A stretch of 64,000 bases of DNA from Octopus bimaculoides (Eukaryota): positions 20,626,939-20,690,938 of the forward strand of contig NC_068999.1 of the NCBI RefSeq assembly GCF_001194135.2, read 5' to 3'. Below are positions 26,515 through 39,641 of the stretch, piece by piece. Every line of letters starts with the position of its first letter. Position 1 is the stretch's first letter. The notes beneath the pieces were generated by a model, which saw only the letters and a list, made by a program, of their open reading frames with translations, was not told where the DNA came from and did not search any database. The translations under genes were made by a program, and so were the position numbers.

Positions 26515-26889
26515 ATATATATATATGAGGTGTACAACAATTACGTTCTATTATGTATACAGGCGTGCACATGTACAGACACAAACGTGTATTGCGTATA
26601 GAATTATTCAATATACATGTATGTATATGTGTTCATATATATACATATATATGTTGTGTGTGAATGTATAAATGAATATGTATGTATGTGTGTGTGTGTG
26701 TGTGTGTGGGCGTGTGTACATAAACTATGAGGTGCACAACAATTACGTTCTATTGTATATAAACGTGCGCGCATGTACAGACACAAACGTGTATTGCGTA
26801 TAGAGTTATTCAATATACATGCATTTATATGTGTTCATATATATATATATATACATATATATGTGTGTGAATGTATGAATGCATATGCA

Positions 26890-26900
<11 letters not shown>
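26510..26900. repeat. About 200-bp tandem duplication bounded by (GT)n tracts
   Basis: TATGAGGTG(T/C)ACAACAATTACGTTCTATT...CATGTACAGACACAAACGTGTATTGCGTATAGA occurs at 26524 and 26726 (period about 202). Confidence 0.9.
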
Positions 26901-27015
<115 letters not shown>

Positions 27016-27299
27016 GTTCAAAAACGATAAACAGAACAGTAGAATTTATGCAGAGACAATATTAAAAGAAATGCTACATCTTTGTGCACAGTTATAATGA
27101 AGCCTGATAGATAGGAATATGAAAACCCATTAAGAAACTGGAGTATTAGAGCAAGGACTGGAAAGTACAATGGACGAGGCATACCAAGGAAACTCTGAAT
27201 CACAGGCAAGTGTAATATTCATCCCCCAACAACAAACCTCGTTAATATAAGGGTTAGGGTTAGGGTTTGAACAAGCGAAATTTAAGTATACACTTTTAC

Positions 27300-27700
27300 A
27301 ATTTTACTTGTTTCAGTCATTTTGACTGTCGCCATGCTAGAGCACCGCCTTTTGGTCGAAGAAATCGACCCATGGACTTATTCTTTGTAAGCCTGGTATT
27401 TATTCTATCGGTGCCTTTTTCCGAACTGCTAAGTTACGGGGACGTAAACACACCAACATTGGTTGTAAAGCGATGGTGGAGGGACAAACACAGACACAAA
27501 CACAAATACACTCACACACGCGCGCGCACACATATACGACAGTCTTCTTTCATTTTCCGTCTATCAAATCCACTCACAAGGCTTTGGTTGGACCGAGGTT
27601 ATAGTAGAAGACATTTGCAGAACGTGCCACGCAGTGGAACTGAACTCAGAACTATGTGTTCGGAAGTAAACTTCTTACCACACAGCCGCACCTCTGCCTA
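27300..27700 (-). mobile_element. SINE family B, full-length copy
   Basis: Colinear with 14120-14522, including the internal CA-rich tract. Confidence 0.9.
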
Positions 27701-28574
27701 TATTCACATAAGTATATCCACATTATGAAATTTCCAATTTTAATGTTTGTATAACCTAATGTATATTCAATTTCTTCCACCACCCTATACTCATAAAGCA
27801 TCTTATCCCATCAATCTCAGGTACTTATACATAAATTCAAAACCACATGTACATTATGCCCCTGTACAACAGTTTATATGATTTATAATATTTATGAAGT
27901 AATTACGTTGCGGGTGTACATCCATTCTTATATAAATATGTACTCATATGCTTGCGCACGTCAATGCAAATATACATATACACTTTCTACATAATCAATG
28001 TGTATATATGTGGATACATGCATATGTTTGTGTAGATAGAGGTGTAGCATTTATATTTTATTTAAATTCCCAGATATATGAACGCTGAAAAAGCAGATTA
28101 CAGAGTGCACATACCTGTATGATATTTTTACGAGCATAAATGCATATTTTTTGTAGAGATTTTTTATGCATTTGGATCACATACATATTTGCTTTATACA
28201 ATAATCTACTGCAAATACCTGAGCGTTGACATATTTCTTCATGAATTACGATTGCAACGTATTATATGAAGAAATACATGTCGGTCAAAATTAAACATTC
28301 AATCACTATGACACCTGAGCGTTAACTTATGTAAAAAAAAAAAGAAGAAAAAGAAAAGGATAATAAAAAGAAAAAAACAACTGTTCCTGGAAGGAGTTCT
28401 TAATAAATATCACAATGCATAGAACGATTGTAACTTGAGTGGCGATATCGAGAGAATCTTAATGAGCACTAATTATGTGGAAAATAGTCTGTTTCATCTC
28501 AGTTCCAAGTTGCTAAAGAACGGAAACTAAACATATATAGAAATGCAGAAACATGCACTTATTCGTAGGTACAG

Positions 28575-28630
28575 ATATTTCAAAATTCATTTTAGGATAG
28601 ATGACTATCCTAAAATGGATTTTGAAATAT
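28575..28630. repeat. Near-perfect 26-bp inverted repeat with 4-nt loop
   Basis: ATATTTCAAAATTCATTTTAGGATAG-atga-CTATCCTAAAATGGATTTTGAAATAT; one T/G non-Watson-Crick pair. Confidence 0.85.
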
Positions 28631-28751
28631 TTAACAATTGTAAATATGACACTCTGTGAAGAATGGAAATAAGGTCGTTTGGATATATGTTCGCCATTCC
28701 TGCATTACGGTGCTGCTATTCTATTTGTTGCTGTTAATATTTAGACTCACG

Positions 28752-28956
28752 TAAGGCGGCGAGCTGGCAGGATCGTTAGCACACCTGGCAAATGCTTAGC
28801 GGCATTTCGTTCCTGTTTACGTTTTGGGTCAAATGCTACCTGGATCAACTTTACCTTTCATCTTTTCGGGATGTACCAGTTGAGCACTTGGATCGAATCA
28901 GTCGGTTTAACCCCTGCCTTCGAAATTGCTGGTGTCAAAATTTGAAACCGATATTA
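28752..28956 (+). mobile_element. SINE family A
   Basis: AAGGCGGCGAGCTGGCAGGATCGTTAGC head, ACTTTACCTTTCATC core, TTTGAAACCGATATTA tail. Confidence 0.85.
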
Positions 28957-30110
28957 GGACTCGGCAATCTTGTAATCGAGTATGACTTTGACAAACACAT
29001 TGCACAATAACCCCAATATTCTTTCCCATATTTCTCAGACATAATGTATTGAGCACTACATGCTCTCATGTTCATGTCCCATTTTAGGACAACACTTTGG
29101 TATAAAAGACATTTAGCAGCTATTTCTATGTTTTGGAGCTTGTAGTTTAAATTTACTGTAAAGAATAAAACCATTTCATTTTCAATATCGTCTCCATCTT
29201 TCTGTTGATCTTTATGCACACAGTTTAACTAAACTGTGGCAAGGAATTCAACACAAAAAAATCCCATGTAACACTCATGCATGTATTTGAACGAAATATT
29301 TAGGTTATAAACCAGTGCTAATAATAACGGTTTCCTTCTTTTTTGCATGTACAATACGTAAGTGTTTCAAAGTCTGCGTGCAGTTAATTGGATGGGTCCA
29401 GGTTCATATTTTTACCCGGTTCATATTTTTACCAACCACTCACGGGGCTGCTAAAATTCAGAACCGGCTAAGTACTCCGGTCTATCCAACGCTTCAGTAA
29501 TTTCCGTTGCGTTGTGTAATGCTCACGACATTAACTTGTCAGATATATTTAGTTCATCGTAGCTCATATAGCTGACTATCCTCGTCACGCTAGTCGTAGC
29601 TTGTTATGTCATTTTATAACCAACGCAGAAGTACTATACAGATGAGATTGTTTTATTTTTTTATTTTTCATAATGTACGCTTAGTAACTTCTTTCTAAAC
29701 AAAGAACAGCGATGCTTCTTTGATGTTGCTACTGCATTTATTATCAAAGTGTAAAACAAGAAGAAGAAAAAAGAGATGTTAAAATGTGACCACTAGTATT
29801 GGCAATTCAGTATATGATGCAGTGACTTGTTAGTGTCTCATATAAGACAAAACAACAAATACTATCAATAGAAGATTCCAGATAATGATATCAGGTGAGC
29901 AAGCAGCTAGTTTCATTGCCTCCTATACAATATGTTATAGTCATTTATTGCTTTATCGCAGACACACATAAAATGTATTTATTTATTATACGATACTACC
30001 TTCATCTATTGTTTTTAACATTATAGAGCAGATTGTTTTTATTTTGTCGACACAAGGAGACAGGTATTACTGAAAATATATGTATTCTTATAATCATATC
30101 GTATATATCC

Positions 30111-30144
<34 letters not shown>

Positions 30145-30813
30145 NNNNNNNNNNNNNNNNNNNNNNNNNNNNNNNNNNNNNNNNNNNNNNNNNNNNNNNN
30201 NNNNNNNNNNNNNNNNNNNNNNNNNNNNNNNNNNNNNNNNNNNNNNNNNNNNNNNNNNNNNNNNNNNNNNNNNNNNNNNNNNNNNNNNNNNNNNNNNNNN
30301 NNNNNNNNNNNNNNNNNNNNNNNNNNNNNNNNNNNNNNNNNNNNNNNNNNNNNNNNNNNNNNNNNNNNNNNNNNNNNNNNNNNNNNNNNNNNNNNNNNNN
30401 NNNNNNNNNNNNNNNNNNNNNNNNNNNNNNNNNNNNNNNNNNNNNNNNNNNNNNNNNNNNNNNNNNNNNNNNNNNNNNNNNNNNNNNNNNNNNNNNNNNN
30501 NNNNNNNNNNNNNNNNNNNNNNNNNNNNNNNNNNNNNNNNNNNNNNNNNNNNNNNTATATGAAAAAAGAGACTGTATGCATGGGTGTTTGCTGCTTTTGC
30601 ACAAATAAACTTGCTCGGATTTTGTGCGTCGCAGAACTTTCTTGTTGTAGTTCCATGGTCATTCTTGTCCTAAATATAAACATATATATATATATGTGTG
30701 TGTGAGAGAGAGAGATAGAGAGATTGTGTGTGTGTGTGTATGTGTGTGTGTGTGCGTGTGTGTGTGTGTGCGCGTGTGCTTGTATGTGTATGCATGCATG
30801 TATATATATATTG

Positions 30814-31747
30814 TTGTATTTGGGGATGGTCATGTTGCCAGTTTAGGCAGTAAAATATTTGGTGTTAATTTGCTTCTGCTTTATTTTATTTTTTACCTTA
30901 AAAATATTTCGACCGGAGTTCTTTCGTCACACTTCTGTGACCTCATCAGCAGGTCCTTTGCTTTCTTATATGTGTGTCTTTCCATACTAACGATCAGCCA
31001 TTTTGTATTTTGTATTCCTAATGTATGTGTTTTTATTTGCGCATGCGTATACCCCCTATGTGTGTCTATGTTAAGTAAGTGCGTGTGTGGGAGAGGAGTG
31101 CCTTATTATCTGTATCCCCTGTTTATACACGTTCGTTTAATTTGTTTTTATTTATTTTGCTCATGTGTTTATACCTACTTACTATATTTTCTATTCTGTC
31201 TTTTTTTTTGTATTTAATTTAATTTTTGTTAACGTATGTAGTTATTTAATTCCATTTGTTTATCTGAGTATTGTATTATATTTTCTTCATATTGTTATCA
31301 GTTTATGGAGATCTTATTCTGTCAGATGTTGTGGTGTGTTGGGGGTGTGTGCTAGTGTTCCATTCCAGTTTCCTATTCAGGCTAGGTTTATCCTTTATTA
31401 TGTGTGTAGCTTCTATAATTTGTCTAAGCGTTGCGTCTGTTCTATTTGTGGACAAGATTTTACCTTCTATGTTGTTGAGTGAACGCACGTGTTCCTGTCG
31501 GCGTGCCGGTGCAGCACCGATGAGCTCTTCTCAAAATTCAAAATGGCCGATCATTAGTAAGCAAAGACACAACTAAGAAAGAAGAAAGCAAAGGACCACT
31601 GATGAGGTCACAGAAGTGTGACGAAAGAATTCTAGCCGAAATACAATTAATGTATAAAATAAAATAAGGCTGAAGCAAACTAACACCAAATATATAGTAC
31701 GTGTGTTTTATTGACTAAATTGGCAACATGACCATCTCCAAATACAA
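30814..31747 (-). mobile_element. 5'-truncated Penelope-like element: GIY-YIG endonuclease C-terminus, downstream pseudo-LTR, and an inverted pseudo-LTR at the 5' end
   Basis: ORF 31303..31488(-) reads LRQIIEATHIIKDKPSLNRKLEW, matching the PLE EN-terminal R..IEA.HI....P.LNR..EW pattern. Inverted arms of about 200 bp at 30814-31012 and 31532-31747 each carry CTGATGA-G-GTCAC-agaagt-GTGAC-GAAA. Confidence 0.85.
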
Positions 31748-31805
31748 AAAATATGCTTCAACACACGGTTTCACATCAAGACTCTTGCAAAACGTATATA
31801 CAAAC

Positions 31806-31856
<51 letters not shown>

Positions 31857-32559
31857 AACATACATACGAATATTTGTTTAAACAACAAATTGTAGCATAT
31901 TGTGATAATCTCTCACTGTGTATGGCGCTAAAATAATATATTTTACGAACTAGCTATTCGACTACAGACTACAGGCTGCATCCTGTCATGGGATTCTCTA
32001 AGTAGTCGCACAGTTTACGTGACGTCACACACCACAGACAAAGGATAATGAAACAGATAATAGAATCTGAGATTCATTATGTCTGTGATAAACCACCAGA
32101 TGATCAATCACTCTTGCGTTACATTGCACTATACATCGTCTATGTATTTTTGTGTGTATCGCATAGTACTTCCTAAACAAATAAGCATAAGAAAGCATGT
32201 ATGCATATAAGAACTTACATATATGTTCTTATGTCTATATGTTCATACACGCACACAAACATACGTACATACGTACACATACAGACACAACATAGATCTA
32301 TGTTTGTGTCTTTATGGATGTAGAGACGGAAAAGGCAGAAAAAATAAAGAGAGATGAAGTTCAGATTATTATGCATCCTAGAATTCCCGAGAGCAGAATA
32401 GTTAAGGAGTTTAATTTCATCATATTTTAGTACAAACTTAACGATTACAACCTTCTTGTATACAACCTACTTAATCAGAAATACACCATTATGTGCATCA
32501 ATCGGTTGGCACTATATACATTAATAAATTACGACTACAAACCGAAGCATACTAAAGAA

Positions 32560-32900
32560 GTGCGCAACCTTAAGAAAAGTCTCTAATCTGTCTTCAGACA
32601 TTGATATTGTTAACAAAGCCGCTCTATAGTACTAAGATGTCCTCGCTAGACAACACATCAATGAGATGCTAGTATACACAGTGAAGCACGCATATTTATA
32701 AGAGATCTATGAAGAGAAAGGAAACCTGATTAAAGATAACTGAAATTGGTTATTACCACAAAATATTAAAGATCTTTACAGCTCTAAGACATTTTCGAAG
32801 ATAGATTACATAACTCCAAGATCCATCAATAATTTCGGAATCAGCAGCTTTTACTTCAACAGCCAAATTGTAGCTGAAAAATGTTGTGCACTCCAAATAA
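32560..32900 (+). mobile_element. Possible highly decayed Penelope-like reverse transcriptase remnant
   Basis: A stop-containing frame reads NLSSDIDIVNKAAL...RQHINEML...EEKGNLIKD...SKIDYITPRSINNFG. This is weakly reminiscent of PLE RT N-terminal motifs (IVI..ADK; PK.HK...P.RPI). Confidence 0.3.
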
Positions 32901-33654
32901 AGGGATTTCTGCTTTAAACCCAGAGAAGTTGCAATTGAGTTGGGTTCCGTGTTCTTACTTAAACATTGTTTAATAAGTCATTCTTAAAATAGTAAGGTAC
33001 GATTTGAAGTAAATTTGGGTGTCTGTTATATTTTTCTGAAATATCAGGTTCTACATTCTTGCCTCGTGTAGTGTTGGTTTTTATAGTTGTGGTAATGGAA
33101 TATCAGTAGAAGTGGGCATAGTTGTGGATTTGAGATTTCGTATTGGTTTTCAGTTTTGTGGTTGAATTCAGTTTGGTGATATCGGACATCTATAAAATAC
33201 CTGACCTGGCGGGACGAGAGAATTATCACCCGGCACAAACCACCAACATTCTAAGTATTATCACCATCTACATACATTTACATAAGGAGACATAGAAAAT
33301 TATGCATTCATGTTCCGATTCCGGGGATTCTTCATCAATAACAGGTTATTTCTGATAAAATCACTCCAAACATCTTTGAATCTCGAAGTTCTTTGATTTC
33401 CTAAATATAAAATTTTCATAGATTAAATCATCCAGTTGTGTCACTCGCTCGGAGATCAAAGATATCATTTAATTGCTGTTACGAGAGGAATTTCCTCTGA
33501 CCTTACAATCAAACATCTGAAGTGTCAACCTCTATTGATTCTAATCCACAATTATCAAATCCAACAAATATTACGGAGTAATCTTTCCATGATAAGTCTG
33601 GCCTGATGAAAGGCTTCTTACACTGCAGTATTCCACTTACCAAACTTCTTTTTA

Positions 33655-33877
33655 AGGCAGCAAGCTATCAGAAGTTTTAGCATGCCGAACAAAGTGCTTA
33701 GCAGTATTTTCTCCGTCTTTACGATATGTGTTCAAAATCCGCCGAGGACTACTACACTTTTGATCCTTTTGGGGTCTATAAACTAAGTACCAGTTGAAAA
33801 CTGAGATCGATGTAATCGACTAATCACCCCCCCTCCCCAACTTACTGGCCTTGGGCCAAAATTTGAAACCAATATTA
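33655..33877 (+). mobile_element. SINE family A
   Basis: AAGGCAGCAAGCTATCAG head, GTTCAAAATCC B box, GATCCTTTTGGGGTC core, TTTGAAACCAATATTA tail. Confidence 0.8.
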
Positions 33878-35694
33878 GAAGTTCCTACATTCATGATAGC
33901 ACAACACACCTCAACGAATGGGAAGCATGCAGACGAGAAAAATATTGTAATACTTTCGCACGTGGTAGTTCGAACGAGACATCAGGCGGTTGATATTATA
34001 CATTTATGTGTTTTGTATATGTGTGCGTGTGTCTGTGTGTGTTTGTATGTGTGCTTGTGTGTGTGTGTGTGTGTGTGTTTATGTGCATGTGTAACCGCGC
34101 GCGCGCGTGTATGTGTGCGTGTGCGCGCAATTGTGTGTAAGATATTGTTGAAATGAAACAGTGTATGATAGAGTTAAAACGTTACTGAACGTCAGTACAA
34201 TGAAAGTTCAAAAATATTTACAGGAGAAGAAATGTAAAACTTAACGAATGTCTACGATTTTTCCTTTTATTGTGAGTTTTAAACTTGAAAAATCTCAAAT
34301 CAGAAGAAATAGCTCACTGCACTGAAGTGCACATTTTCGTGGTGATGCGGGTAAGTGTTCTAACATTCGTTGATGTTACTGCTTGGTAGCACAAACGGGA
34401 AGGAAAGAACAATCAATATATGTAGAAGAATTACGTGTCCGTGTGTATGTGTGTGAAAGAGAGATTGGGGAGATAGAGGAAGTGAGAGAGAGAGTATGTA
34501 CGTGAAATGAGGTTGTGTTAGATTGTTGGTGCTATTTCGTGCATACGTGAAACTTTTTGCGTCTGGAAACTTAAGTCTAATGTAACAACGCTACTGGAGA
34601 AGATTTATTTTTAGAGTTATTTTGATGTACGAACATGTGAGAAATTTTAGTTGAAGAGGAATGCATGGAGGAATAAAATCAAACACTTGGTTGTACGTTG
34701 TTAAACGAAGAACAAAAACAACACTAGTAAAAACAAAGAAGAACTTTAGTAAAACAGAGGCCAAGACAAGAACTTTGTGAAGTTGAAAGACTTCATGAGT
34801 TTCAATTTCAGCTTCATTTGCAAGATTGTTTCTCAAGTTAATAGATCTTAAAGTATGGCAAAATGAAGAAATAAATATACAAGTTAAACACAAGAACTAT
34901 GTATGTTAGTGATAGAGAGAATGAGTTTGTGTTCCATTCTATTTAATTCAATAATCTCAAATGCTTCTCAGTGAACAGAGGTATCCATCACATGAATAAC
35001 TGTTGTGTGTGTTTCTCGTGACTAAAACTGGCGTTTGTAGATATACATATATCATTAAATGACCCTCAGAGGACTCCATTTTTCCAAAATACCTCCTAGC
35101 CCACAATGCAGATAAACTCTAATGGAGCATATTATATTGTTTCTCCTGTTGCTTCAATGTTTGTTTTGTTGATTACTCTCTGTAAAGTACATTTGGCAGC
35201 TTAAATTGTTAATAAAGACAATTACTTAAATTTGTCAGTCACATGATTTACAAAACTTCTGAAGGCTAGTTTACGCACACGTGAGATTACCTACGAATAC
35301 ATAAAATTTTTTGAAATGCATCGTTACATTTGTACTTGAGACAAAAGGAAACATTTTCATTTACACATATTCCTGCAAATCAAAAACTTTTGCAATCGCA
35401 GGTACATGTATATTCCCAGAAATACATCAACAATGAACAGATCTTTCACGAAACACAAACCATGCAAGGAATATATCATTTTAGAAAACCGCATTTGTAA
35501 GAAATCACAGACACACATGCACCTGCGTTTCTTATATATATATATATATAATTATTTGTGTTATATATATATATATATATATGTCTGGAACCGGGAAAAC
35601 ATTCCAAAATGTTCAGTAATAGTTCCTCTGAAATAATGATCATAATTAAAGCCTATTACATACGAAAGTGTCTAAAAGTTCTGAGCAGACTCAG

Positions 35695-35698
35695 CAGT

Positions 35699-35773
<75 letters not shown>

Positions 35774-35790
35774 CTGTAGTAGCAGCAGCT
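35695..35790. repeat. (GTA)n microsatellite
   Basis: Visible run; explains the poly-V ORF. Confidence 0.95.
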
Positions 35791-35807
35791 GTCGTTGCTC
35801 TTTCTGA

Positions 35808-35955
35808 TATAGGAACAAACCCAGCAAATTTGAGGAGACACCTTAGTTGATAACAATAAACTCAGCACAGGGTTCGTCCATCATTTTATCGATCCACGAG
35901 GATAAAATGCAAATTTCACTTCTGAAGGATTTGAACTTAGAACTTAAAGAGGAAC
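35808..35955 (-). mobile_element. Degenerate SINE family A
   Basis: TTTTATCGATCCACGAGGATAAAATGCAAATT...GGATTTGAACTTAGAAC is the reverse complement of the core and B box. Confidence 0.55.
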
Positions 35956-37316
35956 TCGTTTCTGGGTTTGTGATTCGTTTTCATTTTATCGCTCTCTAGC
36001 AAATTATTAACGTCAATCTATGCTTTCGTGTGATACAATTTTAGTTATGTTTTTTTGCTGTTTTGATATCTGTTCCGGTGGTTGTATGCATTTCATTCCT
36101 TCGATAGAACTTCTGTTTGGTTTGTCTATTTTCATAGATGTAGTATTTGACATATTTGTTAAGATCTATTTTTCGTTGACCGATTCGATATCTGGTTTGT
36201 TTATTTGTTTAGATAGTTATAAATAAAGTGTATGTTTTGTTCGATTGTAGGCTAGAAGGCTACAAACTTTCCAGATTCCGAGAGTTATTTTGGCCAAAAC
36301 AGTTTAACTCTCTACCGTTGATTCAATACACACTTACATCAAAGAAGAATGTTCTTATACTCTACACCACAGAACTAAAACAAGATATATAGGAAAGTAT
36401 TAAAGTGAAACACATCTATATTTTACATTATATACGAAGGTGATGACATAACACATTATAATAGTAAAAGAATCATAGAGGTAACGTACACTTGTAATAA
36501 ATAAGCATCTGAGGGTATCATGTCATGGATAATTTAATAATGTTAACATTAAGCCTATATGGACCTTGACGACAACAGACACTAGGACAATATTCTCCTG
36601 AAGAAGACCCCATAACGTTTTAGAGACGTTAAAAATCGTTTGCAAATAGCTAAAGTTCGGGACGAACTACAAGAGTCTCATACGAAGATATGGATAAAAG
36701 GATGTTTACGAAAGGTAATAAAGTAACACCTTTCTGCTCTCAATACAAAATAGATATGCTAAAGCACACACACACACAAACACACAAACACAGACACACA
36801 CACACACATTCATATATGAGTTTATTAGCGTGTTCATTTGTTTGCAATCTAAGTTTCTGTGTATATATGCATTTGACCACACATGTATTTGACATTTTAG
36901 CATATTAGTATAAGTATATATATATATATATATATATNNNNNNNNNNNNNNNNNNNNNNNNNNNNNNNNNNNNNNNNNNNNNNNNNNNNNNNNNNNNNNN
37001 NNNNNNNNNNNNNNNNNNNNNNNNNNNNNNNNNNNNNNNNNNNNNNNNNNNNNNNNNNNNNNNNNNNNNNNNNNNNNNNNNNNNNNNNNNNNNNNNNNNN
37101 NNNNNNNNNNNNNNNNNNNNNNNNNNNNNNNNNNNNNNNNNNNNNNNNNNNNNNNNNNNNNNNNNNNNNNNNNNNNNNNNNNNNNNNNNNNNNNNNNNNN
37201 NNNNNNNNNNNNNNNNNNNNNNNNNNNNNNNNNNNNNNNNNNNNNNNNNNNNNNNNNNNNNNNNNNNNNNNNNNNNNNNNNNAAGAGTACTCAAATACCA
37301 GTGGTAGAGTAATATG

Positions 37317-37453
37317 CTTTATTTAAAAGCAACAGAAATATAACAAAAGAACCGTTACTCTGAGTTTCACGTTCCCGTTCTGTCCGATGAACGGGAACGT
37401 GAAACTCAGAGTAACGTTTTTTTTTGTTATATCTCTGCTGCTTTTAAATAAAG
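37317..37453. repeat. Fold-back palindrome (28-bp perfect arms extending to about 65 bp, 8-nt loop) containing a hammerhead-like motif
   Basis: CGTTACTCTGAGTTTCACGTTCCCGTTC (37353-37380), loop tgtccgat, GAACGGGAACGTGAAACTCAGAGTAACG (37389-37416); imperfect outer arms. Confidence 0.9.
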
Positions 37454-37473
37454 TATATATATATATATATATA

Positions 37474-38590
37474 TTGGGTCATCCCATAATTTATACGGTT
37501 TTTATACTTCATTTATTTTTCAAAATTAAGATAAACAAAGTTTTTTTTTTAAATCTAGAACGTACTCTTCTTCATTTTCTACAATGCACTTCCATCTCTC
37601 TGCTAGATTTGGAAGGCCCTTTTACCAAAATTCACTTGTCCGTGACGGAAAATATTTCTTCAGTACTGTTCTGACCTTGTCTACAGAATTCATATTTCGC
37701 CGTCCAAATGATTTTCATGACTGCAGAATAAATGATAATCAGTTGGGGCAATGTCCGGTGAATATTGTGAGTGGGGCATCGTTTCCCATTTAAACTGCTC
37801 CAGCCTTTAGAATGCCATCCTCGCTGTATGTGGCCGAGCATTGTCCTGATGGAAGAACACGTTTCGTCTCGAAACCAAAGATGCTCACTTTGATTCTAGC
37901 ACTGACTAACGCCGCTTAAGCTGCACGCAGTAGATCTCTATTGTTATTGTTTGTTTTAGGTTTAAAAATTCAAAGTGGACTGAACCTTTCATATCCCACC
38001 AGACATATAACAGCACCTTACGTTACCTCCTGTCCCCACCACTGTCTTTTACCCACTGTCTCAGCACTTGACATTTTTATAGAGAACTCATTTCTCGTCA
38101 CCAGTCACTATTCACTCCGAAAATGGTTCAATCGTCATACGTGTCTGCAAAGAAGAACACACATTAACTCTCTACGCGCGATTAGACTCGGAAAGTTTGT
38201 AAGGAAACCATTAGCTAGTCTTCTAGGCTATAGTTTCCAGCTCGAGATTTTTGGAACCACCGCTGACACTGGCTTATGCTTACTGTCCGAGCCCCGTATA
38301 CTTCATTAATATACTGCATTATTATTCATCGCACTTTCCGTTGCGTTGTTGCCTTTATTGAACTCATAATGCAAAATACACCGAATATGCTAATTTGTCA
38401 TTTCCATTATAGCTTTGAAAAAATAACTGTTAAAATCAAACTGCACATTTGTAAACTTGCACTAAGAATAAGTACATGGTAAAATTACTACCTTCTTCTA
38501 CAGCAAGTTGATGCAGGTAGTTTATCCCGTTCCCCTCCGACTTTTAGTTCATGCAATTGAAAAAACCGCATTATCTATGGGATGACCCAA
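37474..38590 (-). mobile_element. Decayed mariner transposon (DD34D), about 1.12 kb, inserted in (TA)n
   Basis: TIRs TTGGGTCATCCCATAATTTATACGGTTTTT and (reverse complement) TTGGGTCATCCCATAGATAATGCGGTTTTT. Peptides HIRCILHYEFNKGNNATE, QCQRWFQKSRAG, IVTGDEK and SQYSPDIAPTDYHLF. Confidence 0.92.
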
Positions 38591-39269
38591 TATATATNNN
38601 NNNNNNNNNNNNNNNNNNNNNNNNNNNNNNNNNNNNNNNNNNNNNNNNNNNNNNNNNNNNNNNNNNNNNNNNNNNNNNNNNNNNNNNNNNNNNNTATATA
38701 TATAAAGGCATACATTACCATATATAAGGCATACATTACGATATGTATGTAGCTAAACGCAACTATGTATGCACGTAAATGTGCATATATAAATGACATG
38801 TATGTATATGTGTCTTGGAGCATACATCTCTATGTTTGTAACTTGGATATAATATGCCATGCATATTTTTTCTGCTTATCATATCTCAATACGCCATTGT
38901 GTTTCTTAAAACACTATTATGAATCATTTACAACAACAGCATTCTCCTTCCATTCTACTTAAACCTCCTTCATTCAATGCTGGGAGTGGTTTTCTATATT
39001 CGGTTCAAGATTCCAAGAATCCTGAATAAATATGATTTTTGTTACCAAGTATTTTGGCGTCTATTTTCAGCAACGAATATGCCTGCACCTGTTTTATGCA
39101 ACTTGGCCAAGAATGGTTATTTACTTCCTTTTTTGTATTTTGTTTTTTGTTTTGTTGTTATTTCGTTATGCTTTATATTTATATCTTCAAATCCACTTCT
39201 TCTTTACTTCTGTATTTCGATCTCACACCTTACATAATATTACAACGCCTCCATTGCTTTGAAAGTTAT

Positions 39270-39594
39270 CATTACCATTATTATTACTATTATTATTATT
39301 ATTATCATCATCATCATCGTCGTTTTTGTTGCTGTTGCTGTGATTCTTGTAGATTCATAGTTCTATTATTACGACGACGTATGCTTTCTCCATAGCCATG
39401 TCTCAGTATAATAGAGTGTGCATAATATCCATATGTTTCGTCGTTTGGTTGGGGGAAGATTTTTATTTTACATTGACAGTATCCAACGCAATATACGTTC
39501 AGTGAGTTATTGTGACATATAATGGATGTTTTGTGTGCGCAAGTCCTATAATCTTCGTCGTAGAGTTTTTCCTTTGCATTTATTATTATTATTA

Positions 39595-39640
<46 letters not shown>
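39270..39640. repeat. (ATT)n/(ATC)n microsatellite tracts at both ends of the interval
   Basis: Visible runs at 39270-39320 and 39580-39640. Confidence 0.85.

Positions 39641-39641
<1 letters not shown>

Noticed and set aside
27249-27267. (TTAGGG)2-3 telomere-like motif
   Set aside because: Too short to distinguish from chance or a TE subterminal motif.
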